Below the pieces are notes generated by a model. The model was not told the DNA's origin. It did not search any database and saw only the letters and a program-made list of their open reading frames with translations. 64,000 nucleotides of DNA from the NCBI RefSeq assembly GCF_009914755.1, contig NC_060930.1. The stretch is one strand, 5' to 3'. Source of the DNA: the human T2T-CHM13v2.0 reference genome, Homo sapiens. Positions 46,031 through 61,941 of this stretch are shown piece by piece. The translations under genes and the position numbers were made by a program. Position 1 is the stretch's first letter, and each line of letters opens with the position of its first letter.

Positions 46031-46323
46031 CCACAGGAACAGAAAACCAAACACCGCATGTTCTCACTCATAAGTGGGAGCTGAACAATGAGAACATATG
46101 GACACAGGGAGGGGAACAACACACACCAGGGCCTGTCGGGGGTTGGGAGTAAGGGGAGGGAGAACATTAGGACAAATACATAATGCATGTGGGGCTTAAA
46201 ACCTAGATAATGGGTTGATAGGTGCAGCAAACCACTATGGCACATCTATACCTATGTAACAAACCCGCATGTTCTGCATGTGTATCCCAAAACTTAAAAA
46301 AAAAATAAAAAAATTAAAAAAAG
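46031..46323 (+). mobile_element. L1PA8-like 3' fragment
   Basis: ggacaaatacataatgcatgtggggcttaaaacctaga diagnostic of L1PA8 3'UTR. Confidence 0.85.
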
Positions 46324-46353
46324 AAGTGTGTTTGGAAAAAAAAAAGTGACTAG

Positions 46354-46692
<339 letters not shown>

Positions 46693-47306
46693 AGAGAATG
46701 AAACTTGGGTATCATCTAATCCAATCTCTTCTTTTTATCACTGTTTGAATCAAGGCCCAGAAAGACAAAGTACCTTGACTGAAGTAACTTATTTTTGTAC
46801 TTCTTGTATTTTACTGGGTTCATTCATTTACTCTTAGATTGCTTCAAACAATTCAAGAAAACTGGTACTTGAGAAATTAAAATATGTTGAAAAAATGATT
46901 TTTTTGCCTGAATTTAGAATAAAAGAAAAGGAAGAGGAAACTCATCAAAGGTAGACAGTCATTAGACCTCTAGTTCTGGCCTACCTAAAAATATTTTTAT
47001 GTAAGTGAGAACTGACATCAAAGACAAAATTAAAAGAGCAACATTACCATTATTTTGGGCATGACCTTGAAATATTAGTAAATGAATTCTCTACATTTAA
47101 GCCTCCAAGCTCCAATTTACATACTTAGTCAACAGACTTGTTTAAAGGTAAGATTTTATTTTAATTGGTTCAATCTCAGTGACAAACTTGTAGCCTAAAA
47201 GCATCCTAGCCTGATTTTCACATAATCTAGCCATTAACTTAATTCACTGGCTTTAAACTTATGCCATAGTCCTCATGTGATTGATGTTTATAAATTTGCA
47301 CTAGTT

Positions 47307-47609
47307 GGCCAGGCGCGGTGGTTCACGCCTGTAATCCCAGTAATTTGGGAAGCCAAGATGGGCAGATTGCTTGAGTCCAGGAGTTTGAGACCATCCTTGG
47401 CAACATGGCAAAACCCTGTCTCTACAAAAAATACAAAAATTAGTCAGGTGTGGTGGCTAGCACCTTTAGTCCCAGCTACTCAGGAGGCTGAGGTGGGAGG
47501 ATTGCCTGAGCCCAGGAGGTCAAGGCTGCAGTGAGCCATGATCACACTATTGCACTCCAGCCTCAGCGACAGAGCAAGAACCTGTCTCAAAACAAACAAA
47601 CAAACAAAA
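47307..47609 (+). mobile_element. AluJ
   Basis: TSD ttgcactagtt at 47296-47306 and 47610-47620; (AAAC)n tail. Confidence 0.92.
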
Positions 47610-49114
47610 TTGCACTAGTTTACTGATCAGTTTGCCAGTTAGTTATTTGCACGCCAAACTCACTTTCTTTCTGCTACTTGACCCTCAGTTCTACCGCCTC
47701 TCCTTTCTGGGTTTCAACCTTTCTCTCTCTCTTGGACTGTAGACATCAACTCAACTCATCTACCCAGGAAATTCCTTGCTATGGGCCACCAGTTGTAGTG
47801 ACCTCACTTTTGAAAGAATGCAAAGAAAGGAGGTTTCAGAGACATGAACGAATATATACTAAGGATATATTATGTGCCAGACAGGAGGCCATGCACTTCC
47901 ACGTATTATCTCAAACTCTCGGTAGAGAATTAAAGAAATGAAAAACATATCCTTGTAGGATGGGGCATTAAGCTTAGTGCTATGCAACGTAGAAAAGAAA
48001 ATGGTGTCTCATCTCAAGGTGGAAGAAATGTATGACTCCCAAGGTAATAAAATCCATAACACTATCTGAAATACTTGGCTCATAACCACAAGCAGCCTTG
48101 CAGCTTCTCTTGTATTGCTTCTCTGTGCTTGTCATGTTCATAATGTATACCTTTTCATCCTGCTACTGCCTGTGGCTTATCTCCAGACTACCTTATAAGT
48201 CTTTGAGGGCTGGAATTGAGCTCTGCTCTCACCCTGCCCTTCCATAGCACTAGATAGATGCAGTCCTCTGTTAAGGGTTGAATAGCTGCTCAATCGATGC
48301 TTATTGAGAGAAACTGCAGTCGAAGAAGGTAAAAGGGCATTTTAGTGGAGAAGGTGGGAATAGCAGTCCTGAAGGTTCAGTCCAATTACCTCAGCAAAAT
48401 TGCTTAATTGGAGCAATGGGTACTTAACAACCTAGTTAGACTAGTCAAGTATATCCCAGGAGATGGTTGCAGCATCTTTCCTTGCTACAAAGCTAAAATA
48501 ACTTTTTATGACTCCATGTAAAACGTGTTTGTCAACTCGGGTTGCTTTTGTGCAACTCTAAATCTAAATTTCAACTAATCTACTCTACCAGTGCCTTATC
48601 TAGGCCCGTTGACCCTGCTGTTTAATTTTTAAAAAGGCTTTTGGAACCACATAAGAATGTTCACAGACTTGTTAATGTTTTTATTATATGAGCTAGATCT
48701 GGACTAATCCCTCTTCCCTCATTCTTTCACATTTCCTAGTGGGCACCTAGCTTCAAGCTAGAATGGGTTTCCACTCTTTGATTTCAGGTTTGAGAGCTAG
48801 AAACTGTAAGATTTTAATTACATGTAATTCTCCTAAGTACCACAATTAAATCTGATTATAAAAATATGTTGATAACACCATGTCATAAACATTACATAGT
48901 TATTTTATAGTTGTAAAGACTTAAAAACAAAAACTCTAAATGGGGGCTTAGATTTACTGACATTGAGTTTTATTCGTTTATCTCAGCCCTTGACATTTGG
49001 ACTATTTCTTCTCCTAGGAGTTGTATGTAGGAACATACAACAAGAAGTAGGACTGTGATAAATTAGAACTGAATTTTTTCTATATGCATTTTCTTCTGAT
49101 TACAATAGCAAAAT

Positions 49115-49250
49115 ACTCATTTGTTCATTGATTCACTCAACAAATATTTTTTGAGCACCTACTGTGTGACAGCCATTCTGATAGTAGTAGGATGCTATGG
49201 TGAAAAACTGACACATCTCTGATCTTAGAGAGCCTGGAGGCAGTTTTGTT
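49115..49250 (-). mobile_element. L2 3' end
   Basis: attcactcaacaaatattttttgagcacctactgtgtg. Confidence 0.8.
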
Positions 49251-49399
49251 TGAATTGAAATCACAAGAAGAGATATAACTGGGGAATGGTTATATACAAA
49301 GGGCAAGAAGGACATTTCAGGGAAACTAAACAGTATAAACAAAGGTCCCATAGCACTTCTTTCAAGAAGGCAGCTGATTAGGTGCGAGAATCTCCACTC

Positions 49400-52970
<3,571 letters not shown>

Positions 52971-53088
52971 CTCTGCCATTCCTTCTGCTTTAAAGATACA
53001 TGTCCTTAGTTGCAAAAGGAGGAGAAACTGCTCTAATATCTCAAATACTGTACTACCACTAGATTATGAGCACTTTGAGAACATAAAC

Positions 53089-53380
53089 TTTTTTTTTTTG
53101 AGGCAGGATCTTACACTGTTTCTCAGGCTGTAGTACCATAGTGTGATCACCTCATTGCAGCCTCAGCCTCCCACACTAAAGCAATCCTCCCACCTCAACC
53201 TCTCAAATAGCCTACAGGTGTGTGCCACCATGCCCAGCCAATTCTTAAGAAATTATTATTTGTAGAGACAAGGTCTTGCGATATTGCCCAGGCTTGTCTC
53301 GAATTCCTGGGCTCAAGCTATCCTCCAGCCTTGGCCTCCTAAAATGCTGGGGCTATAGGCATGAGCCACCACAACCAGCC
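53089..53380 (-). mobile_element. AluJ
   Basis: Antisense diverged Alu, gggctcaagctatcctcc. Confidence 0.88.
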
Positions 53381-53664
53381 TTGAACCATCTTACCCATGT
53401 TTTGTGCTTAGTACCAAGAACACTAAAGGACTACCCAACCAACTAATGACCCTTTAGTGGTAGGAATACACCTGTACCTGCCCCAATTTCAGATATGAAG
53501 CACCTAGGTTCCAAAGCATTTTTTTGTCTTTAACGCCTTTCTGGTGACTCCAAAATTATACTTTGAAGTAATTAATTAGACTCTCCCCTTGCTCAAAACA
53601 CCATTTAAATTTAAACTGTCCCATTGTATGCTCAACTTGCATGCTGAAAGCATTTTATGTTAGT

Positions 53665-53820
53665 AGTTAGGAGATTGGGATCCTTGTTCTGACTGTGCCA
53701 CTACAGAGCGGTGAGAACTTCAGCAAGTTCTTTCATCCCTGTGGTCTGAATGGAAAATGAGGGAGTGAGACTAAATGATTTCCCAGATCCCTTTCAGCTC
53801 TCAGTCTGGATGCCTCTATG
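53665..53820 (+). mobile_element. MIR3/MIRc
   Basis: aaaatgagggagtgagactaaatgatttcccagatccctttcagctc. Confidence 0.7.
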
Positions 53821-54070
53821 TAGGGCGCTTTTGATTTCGCTGTCTGTGATGGACTCCTGTTCCTGTTCCTGAAGAGCTTTAGAATAGTTCTGTCCTGGAG
53901 AACAGAGCTCCTTTTAGTCCAAATGCAAATTATGAACATGAGCATGAGCATAAATGAGCAGCTGCTGTCTATTCACCCCACTGGACTGTGGCAAAGTGCT
54001 AAGAAGGCAAGGACATTCTGGTTTGATTACAGAATAAGACGCTGAAGATTTCACAATGAAAAATAATTAG

Positions 54071-54584
54071 TGTAACAGTTATGTATTGAGGTGTGGCAAA
54101 ACACCCCAAAAGTTAGTGTCTTTAAACAACAACCGTTTTATTTGCTTACAATTCTGAGTTGGCATTTGGTTTAGATTTAGCTAGAAGTTTCTTCTGGTCT
54201 TGCCTAGAGTCACTCACAAATTGCAGTCGTCTAAAAGTTCACCTGGGCAGCATGGTCTAAGACAGCATAACTTGCATATCTGAATGTTGGTATTGCCTGT
54301 CGGGTCGTCTGTGTGTCTTCAACAGGCTAATCGAAGCTCCCTCATTTGACAACAGCATATCCACAGGGTTAGACTCCTTGAGCATAGCCTTGAATGTTGA
54401 AGGCTGCATTTCATTTCTCTGCATTCTATTGGTCAAGCAAGTTACAAGCCCAGCCCATATTCAAGGGGGAGGAGAAACAGTCTTCACCAATCGACAGGAG
54501 AAGTTGGCAGAGTGACACTGCAAGGAGAAGTGAGTTAGGGGACAGGAGGGATTTTGCAAACATCTTTGTGAGCAATCGGCCACA
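54071..54584 (-). mobile_element. MLT1 (G/H-like) solo LTR
   Basis: aaaacaccccaaaagttagtg...cattctattggtcaagcaagttacaagcccagccc...caca. Confidence 0.7.
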
Positions 54585-56796
54585 CTCAATTACAGCACGA
54601 AGAAGTTGCCCAGTAAACACTTGTCTGAAGGATACATGTCCTTAGTTGCAAAGGCTTCGGGGGTTATTTCCTTTCCTAGAAGAGAGGAACAATGACACAG
54701 ATCAAATGTCTTACTAATGGAAAATCAATTGAGTCACCATTGAGTACAAATTCTGGTACACCAGGGAGGGTGTGCGCGGGCGGCAGGGTTTGCTTTTGGT
54801 TTGCAGTAGCTCTGTCATTCTCCTTTGCTCCATGGATATAAAACATACTGACATGGAATGTCGACCCCATAATAACATCTTTAAAATGACAGTTACGTCT
54901 CTATAAGAGAAATACTAGAGGTGAGATTGTTACTTTCTTATCTTCATAAGTAAACAAAAAAATCTGTCAAATCAATTCAATAAATATGTATATAATGTCT
55001 ATTTGGTGCCAGGAACAGTCCCTGAAAATAAAAATTACACTGAAAAAAGGTGTGTACCTCTTTCCCCGTGCCTGGCCCAGCCCAAACCAGGAGGCTTCAT
55101 TAGACCCTTGACATGCAGAATATTTCTTACCGTTCTTACTGTTGCATCCTCAAGAATTATAACCACCAGCATTGGCTGCTTCAGCTACTCCACTTTTCAG
55201 ATGAAAAGTTGTGGGCAAGACTTAAGCAGCAACTTGCTTTGAATGGTTGTGGCACATTTGCACATGCTGTTTCTTCTGAGCAAAATGACTCTGTCCTCTT
55301 TTCTGCCTGATTTGCTCTTCCAATGCATTCTTCAAGTCTTAGTCCAGTGCTTCCTCTCTGAAACCACACCCTAACCCAGCCTGCTGGTTGGTCATCTATT
55401 TTCCAGGCTCTTCGTAACCCTGGGCATATCTCCATATACACCCATCACACCTGCTATTACTATTGGTTGATGTGTCCATCTCTCCCAGGACTTTGAGCCC
55501 CTGCGACTAAGAATAGATATAGCTTTGTATTTATCTCTATAACTCTAGATAAATTCTCCATAAATGTTTGATAAATGATTTAAGAAATGACTGGAAGAAA
55601 AAGTAAATGAATAACAAGCCAAAGAGCAGTAGACAGCTTATGCTAACACTTTGAAGCTTACAGTGCAAACTGAACTCTGCCTCTCCTCTCAATGACTGAA
55701 TCCATTCCACTTTGTTTCTGCCTCCCTCACTTTCTTATTCTAACAGATCTGAAGCAAATTTTAAAATCTATAATTAACTTTTTTTATATTACCCTCAAGG
55801 GATCATAGATCAATGACTTTCTAGAAAAAGAAAGATCCCCATTCTTACCTTTGCATAATCTCTTTTTAAAAAAAAACAAGAGATTACATTTCATGTTCAA
55901 ATGCCTAAATTATCTCTTCTTAGGACACACAGCAATATTATCTCCCATTTTGACAATTGCCATTGGGTTTACTTCAATTGAAATGAAACATACTTTCATT
56001 GTAATTCTGCAAGCACACTGATGAAGTTGTTTACAATCAAGTATTAAAACTTATCTAGGGGCAGTTATGCTTAGCTAAACCTTTGGAATGTGCTAAGTCA
56101 TGGTTAAGTTGTGCTAAGGGAAAGAATGCTGGGGAACTTATGCCAGTCTCTCAAGATGGCAGCCACAAAGCAGGCATTAGAGCCATAGAACTGAGGTAAC
56201 TGACCCCGAGTTCAGTTATCACTAGTAAATCAGTCATAACAGTCAAAACAACCAAAAAATATGATAAATTTCCATGGAGCAAAGGGGAACAACAATCCCA
56301 CTACAAATTTCCAACAATCAGATTTTCTTTCAAATAATAATATGGTAGCATGAAGAGCTAATGCTTTTGACAATCTAACAAAGAAAGTCCCTGAACTCCT
56401 TGGGAGAGACCTTATTGCACTCTTCTTTATGTCATCATCATCAAACATGACAGCTGCACTCATACAACATTCAATGCCTGATAAATATTTGTATTTCAGA
56501 TAGGAGCATGTGTGTCAGAAATTATTTGGAACCTAAGTCCAATAGACACAGCTAATTAAATTATAAATGTGGAGCAAAGTGTGTTGGATGCTTTAAGAGC
56601 TTATATATACATGCAGAAATGAAAAGCAATGAAGAAGACAGAAAACCACATGGAACCAAATAAAAGGAAACAGTAAAGTTTCAAAGTGGTGCTTACTAGG
56701 TGTAATCTTTCTGAGGTTCCTCTGAGCAACTACCATTGTTTCATTCAATTTGATCTTCCCTAGTATGGTAATAAATAATGCCAGGAGTTCCTTATA

Positions 56797-57139
56797 AGGG
56801 TCGTTCTCAAACCTCACTAATTATCTCAATTATCTAAGGTTTTATATTTTGAGTCATGGTCTTACTCTGTTGCCCAGGTTGGAGTATAGTGGTGTGATCA
56901 TAGCTCACTGCAGCCTCCAACCCCTGGGATCAAGTGACCCTCCCATCTCAGTCTCCCAAATCACTGGGACTATTGGTGTGAACTACCATACCCAGGTCTT
57001 AAAATATTTTTTAAACGTAAAGATTTCCAGCCCCATTTCAGACCCACTAAATGAGAGTCTACTAAGGAGGGGCCAGGAATCTGTATTTTTAAATATCTCC
57101 AGGTAATTCTAGTGATCAGCCACTTAGCAAATACCAGTG
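56797..57139. mobile_element. MER5A split by an antisense Alu monomer (~56845-56997)
   Basis: gttctcaaacct...cagacccactaaatgagagtct...gccaggaatctgtatttttaa...caggtaattct. Confidence 0.7.
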
Positions 57140-57174
57140 ATTTTTAAAAAGAAAAAAAAAATTGTAAGATATAC

Positions 57175-57559
57175 TGATAGGGGCTGAATTGTGTTGCCCT
57201 AAAATTCATATGTTGAAATTCTAACCTCCAATACCGCAGAATGTGACTGTGTTTGGAGACAGGGTTCTAAAGAGCTAATTAAGTTAAAATGAGTCGATTA
57301 AAGTGGGCCCTAATCCAATATGACTGGTGACCTTATAAAAAGAGAAAATTAGGACACAGAGCGATACAGTGGGAAGGTTGTATGAAAACAGGGAGAAGGT
57401 GGCCATCTGCAAGCCAAGAAGAAAAGCCTCAGAGGAAACCAACCCTGCTGGACTCTTGATAATGGGCTTCCAACCTCCAGAACTCAGAAAGTAAAATTCT
57501 GTTGTTTAAGCCATTCAGTCTGCAGTACTTTGTTATGGCAGTCCTGGCAGACTAATACA
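57175..57559 (+). mobile_element. MLT1B-like solo LTR
   Basis: tgataggggctgaattgtg...gggccctaatccaatatgactgg...gactaataca; imperfect TSD tatac/tgtac. Confidence 0.85.
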
Positions 57560-57576
57560 TGTACCTCCATGGTTAA

Positions 57577-57955
57577 TGATATGGTTTTGTTCTGTGTCCC
57601 TACCCAAATCTCACCATGAATTGTAATCCCCATAATCCCCACATGTCAATGGCGGGACCACGTGGAGGTGATTGGATCATAGGGGAGGTTTCCCCCATGC
57701 TGTTCTCCTGATAGTGAGTGAATTATCATGAGATCTGATGGTTTTATAAGCATCTGGCATTTTCCCTGCTTGCACTCACTCCATCCTGATGCCCTGTGAA
57801 GAAGGTGCCTGTTTCTCCTTTGCCTTCCGCCATGATCGTAAGTTTCCTGGGGCCTATCCAGCAATGCAGAACTGTGAGTCAATCAAACCTCTTTCCTTTA
57901 CAGATTACCCAGTCTATGGTATTTCTTCATAGCAATGTGAGAATAGACTAATACA
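57577..57955 (+). mobile_element. THE1D-like solo LTR
   Basis: tgatatggttt...gactaataca; perfect 5-bp TSD gttaa. Confidence 0.9.
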
Positions 57956-58911
57956 GTTAACTGGCACATCTGAAAAGCAAGAAAACATTGTGAAGGATGA
58001 CCTGTGTGATAAAGAGACATTATCTTATATCCCAAAGGGAAAATAGTCCCTATTAAAATGGTTGATTAATTGTTACATTTTACTTCTAACTTCAATGGGG
58101 AGAGAAGTTGCTGAAGGAGAAGGGAAAGAGAGAAAAGAGTCTGAAAGTGAAAGGGAGTAACAAGTTGCTGGTAAAATGAGAGAAAGGAGCAACATTCAGG
58201 AAAATGAAAACCATATCCCTTAAGGAATGTACTATAATACAACGACATTCTGAGGAATCAGCATCCCCAGGAAAAACAATGAAAAGTAATGCCCAGGAGC
58301 ACCTTTAGAAGTCATGGGGAATTTTATCTGAGTCTTTCCTTGCCAGAGGGAAAAGTTTTCTTTCTTTCACTTATTTCATCAACAACCATTTATAGGCTGC
58401 CTCCTACATCTTAGACACTAGGCTACAGCCTGGCTGTGCAAAGATGATCAACACAGGAGCTGTGCTATCTAAGAATGTCAGTCTAGAAAAAGCAGTTCTC
58501 TTTAAAAGCCTCCCTAAAGGTCCAATCCCAAGACACACTTAAACCTCCTTTAGAGATCTTAGGTTCTTCAATTCTTTATCTCTTTGTACAGCCCCCAGGT
58601 TCCCAGGCAGGAAATCCACAGCCAATTCCTGTTCCTAAGCACCCAGGAGGCAGGTGTGTTTCCAATTACTATGCTCTCTTCGGGCTATAATTAGGAAAAG
58701 TACCTCTCTGACATTTTGACTCTAGCACAGGGCCAGGCACATAGTAAGTACTCAATAAATATTTTTGGAATTAATTAATGCCTTAATCAAATCTATCAAT
58801 CCTAGAAGCCCTCCTGGTGAGTCTGGTACCTTCCCCTCCCCTGCTCCCTAGACCTCTCCCAGAAGCAGCTTTGCCTTTTTGGAATCTCCCAGAAGAAGCT
58901 TCCTAAGGTAG

Positions 58912-60050
58912 TGTTGAGGAAATATAATTAAAAGCAAAACCCCCTCCCAGCCCAGAAAACCTCTCCACAAACATAATCAAGAAAGAAAACAATTTTACTA
59001 TTGAATAAACATTAAACCAGAACGTAACGCGTATCACGAACAATTCACTGGAGAGATTGCAATGGTGAAAAGAAATCTTTCATAGAGCAAAGTGGATATA
59101 ATCCATTACACTCATGTTTTCAAGAAAAAATCCCTAAGTTTATTGTATCATTATAACTAGAGGTAGGGGTTTGCCATTTCAAGTCGGGGAGAGTTGAAAT
59201 TAGGCCCATTTTCTCCCAGGAAACTGAGAGATGAGGCCTTATCTTTTTTGACGATTACATTTCGAGAAGATGAGGAACATGAAGAAGCGTGTCAACCAAT
59301 GTTGCCACAAGTCCATGAGGAAATATTCTTGAGTTGTGTCAACCAAAGAATTATGAGGTTTCCACATTTGGACAGGAGAACTTTATTTCTTATAAAAGGT
59401 TGCAGCCTCCAGGGTAACAATCCACAGCCTGGGAAGCATAACCTCCAGTAGAAGCAGAGAGGAAATGGTGACACAGGAATTTAGGCCAAATGGGTTGGCT
59501 AAGCATACATATTCATCAGATTACAGGAGGAGCAATAAATATTCATGAAAGAGGGCATGCATGTATGCATGCATAGTAAACTAACATGCATGTCACATAC
59601 ATCCGAGGTTCACTTTTTGGTGGATACTTAACATTTAAATGCATTAAAATTAGGCTATACACATTATAAGGTGAAATGGAGGACACAGAGGCATCCAGTA
59701 CATAGACTCCACAAACTGGCCAAAACCAGTTCATGGTTAGTGGTCTCTTATCAGGAAAACATGCTGGTTGATTGTTGGGTCAAAACTGCAAAAATGGAGG
59801 GGAGTCCACTGAGTCTTTTGAAATGGCTGGTTTCTGTTAAATCCTTAGGAAAGAAGGTTTAATGGCAGGTACTGAGGGAGAAAGTATAATGAAGCATATC
59901 CAACCTCCCCCATAATGGGCCAAAACTCAGTTTTTAAGGCTTCTCTGGGGTCTCCTTGGCTAAGAGGGGGTGGATTCAGTCAGTTGGAGGGTTTAGGATT
60001 TTATTTGTATTTCTCAGGTGTAAAACTCACAAGATGTTTATTTAGCACTT
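58912..60050 (-). mobile_element. ERV1-class LTR fragment hosting a second LTR
   Basis: cccagaaaacctctccacaaa...ttgaataaacattaaaccagaa; appears to resume as taaaactcacaaga after 60020; subfamily uncertain. Confidence 0.55.
59337..60016 (-). mobile_element. ERV1-class (MER4-group) solo LTR
   Basis: TG...CA termini; end tttctctggggtctccttggctaagagggg...ggtttaggattttattt; imperfect 4-bp TSD gttg/ggtg. Confidence 0.65.
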
Positions 60051-60289
60051 GACCTTAATAGTGGCAAGGCAGTCCAGTCCTCCTGGAACACCATACTCAT
60101 CAGCATCTCTTTGAGACTGGCCTACCCTCTGAACAGGAATGCACAGAAGCTGCCCGCTGGGACTGCAGGTGCTCTGTTAGCCAGGTCTCCTGGCCATGGC
60201 ACTGTGCTTTAAGGCCAATTCTTGGGACAGAAAGGTGAAACTTCTTTCTGTAAACCCATTTGGTAAACCCTTTGACCTTGAACATTAAG

Positions 60290-60665
60290 CATCAAAACAC
60301 TCAAAGCACAGACTTTGAAATTACACAGACCTCTGCTAAATTCCAGACTACTTCATCTGTGTTGTCTGATCTTGAGCTAATTGGTTGGTTAATTTTTCCA
60401 AGACTCAATGTCCTTGTCTATAATAGGGAGATAATATCTTCCACAGAGAGCACAGCTGAAGAGTTGTTAAGTGCTCTTATTACTACAATTGAAGCAAGAA
60501 AGTAAAGAAGTTTGGTGCATACACTCTGAACCCAAATGCCTGGCTTTCATCCCAGATCCACTTTTGGCAAAATCACTTTTCCTGTTCCTTAGCTTCCTCT
60601 AAGTAAAGTTGTTTAGAAGAATTGCTAGCCCACATAAGAATTTAATAAGTGTTGGCTATTATTTT
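60290..60665 (+). mobile_element. Two MIR remnants
   Basis: gcacagactttgaaattacacagacct...; ctgaacccaaatgcctggctttcatcccag...aataagtgttggctattatt. Confidence 0.6.
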
Positions 60666-61479
60666 ATTTTTTTCACCTTCATCTCCATTTTGCCAATGGA
60701 GATTGGAGAATTGTTTCAAGTCTCTTTCATTTTTTAAACTAAGTAGAATCATTTGAATTGCAAGGTCTGTAGACAAATTATTATCCAGATTAAATTCATT
60801 TAAAAGCAAAGGGAAATAATTTGAAAACCTAAAGAAGCATGAAATTCCAAACTGCAGTAGAGAGAAGGCCTCTGGTTATTATCCCTGTTTAATACTTATT
60901 GTTTTCCCTCTTTATCTTTTTCTTTTCTTGGCAGTTTCTGAATTAAAAGAGAAAGGCTTAGCCTTTCATGTCTATTTAATACTTATTTAACAATTTACAT
61001 GGCTTTTAAGAACCAACCACATCCCCAGCAGGAGAGTTACTCTAATTGCTCTCCAAATGTGTAACAGTCATCATTCTTTTCTGTTACTAGGCTAAGATCA
61101 GATCTGGGGGCAAAGTTCAGTTAAATAAATCACCCTAATCAAATCAACTCTAACAATTGATAAACTAGCATATTAGGTAGAGTATTTTTAAAGATCTACA
61201 TTGATTGATCAAATGCAAACTATTTATCTTTGTTTAAGCTAAATATAAATCAAAGTTCTAATGCCTTTTATAGTGTCTACTGAGACAGAAATGAACTGTC
61301 TTTCCATCTCAAAATAATGCAGCATCCTAGACTTAATCATGATTAAAATTGTCCCCAGATTTGATATGGGTAAATAATAAGTCAGATCACGGCAAAAGGG
61401 TGCAGCAGATGAATAATGAATATCATTTTTGGTGCTATAGTCCAACAGAAGACTGTTTAATCTTTCACTTTTCAGCCAG

Positions 61480-61680
61480 CTGTGTTTACATCCACTTTCT
61501 AGGATTGGCCCCATATAGATTTCGATCCTATATCTGCCATTTACTAGCTATGTCAATTTGAGCCAACCAATTAAGCTCTCTGGCCTCAGATTTCTATTCT
61601 ATAAACTATGGATGATGATACCTTTCTCAGATGGTTATTATTTTGGGGATTAAATATGATAGTGTGTGTAAACTGTGTTC
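61480..61680 (+). mobile_element. MIR
   Basis: ctgccatttactagctatg...ctctctggcctcagatttc...ggattaaatatgata. Confidence 0.7.
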
Positions 61681-61893
61681 CCAATCATTGTGCCCACTTT
61701 AGTCCTATATAACCTGTATGACTAATAGCCTCACTTCAGCAAACATTGTTTCCCTTCCCTCTACCTCCCCCTCCAGATAAAGGCTCTATTTGTCAGCCCC
61801 AGACCACAGATCCAATGCTATCTTCCCAACTCTGTAGAAAAATAATTTAATTCCAACTCATTCTTCGGATCCTCACTTTATCCTACTTCTTCC

Positions 61894-61941
61894 TGTCAAC
61901 CTAAAAGGAAGAAGCTAAGGCAAAATTAATATAGAGAGTTT
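61894..61941 (-). mobile_element. ERV1 LTR terminus cut by the adjacent L1
   Basis: tgtcaacctaaaaggaagaagctaaggcaaaattaatata. Confidence 0.5.
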
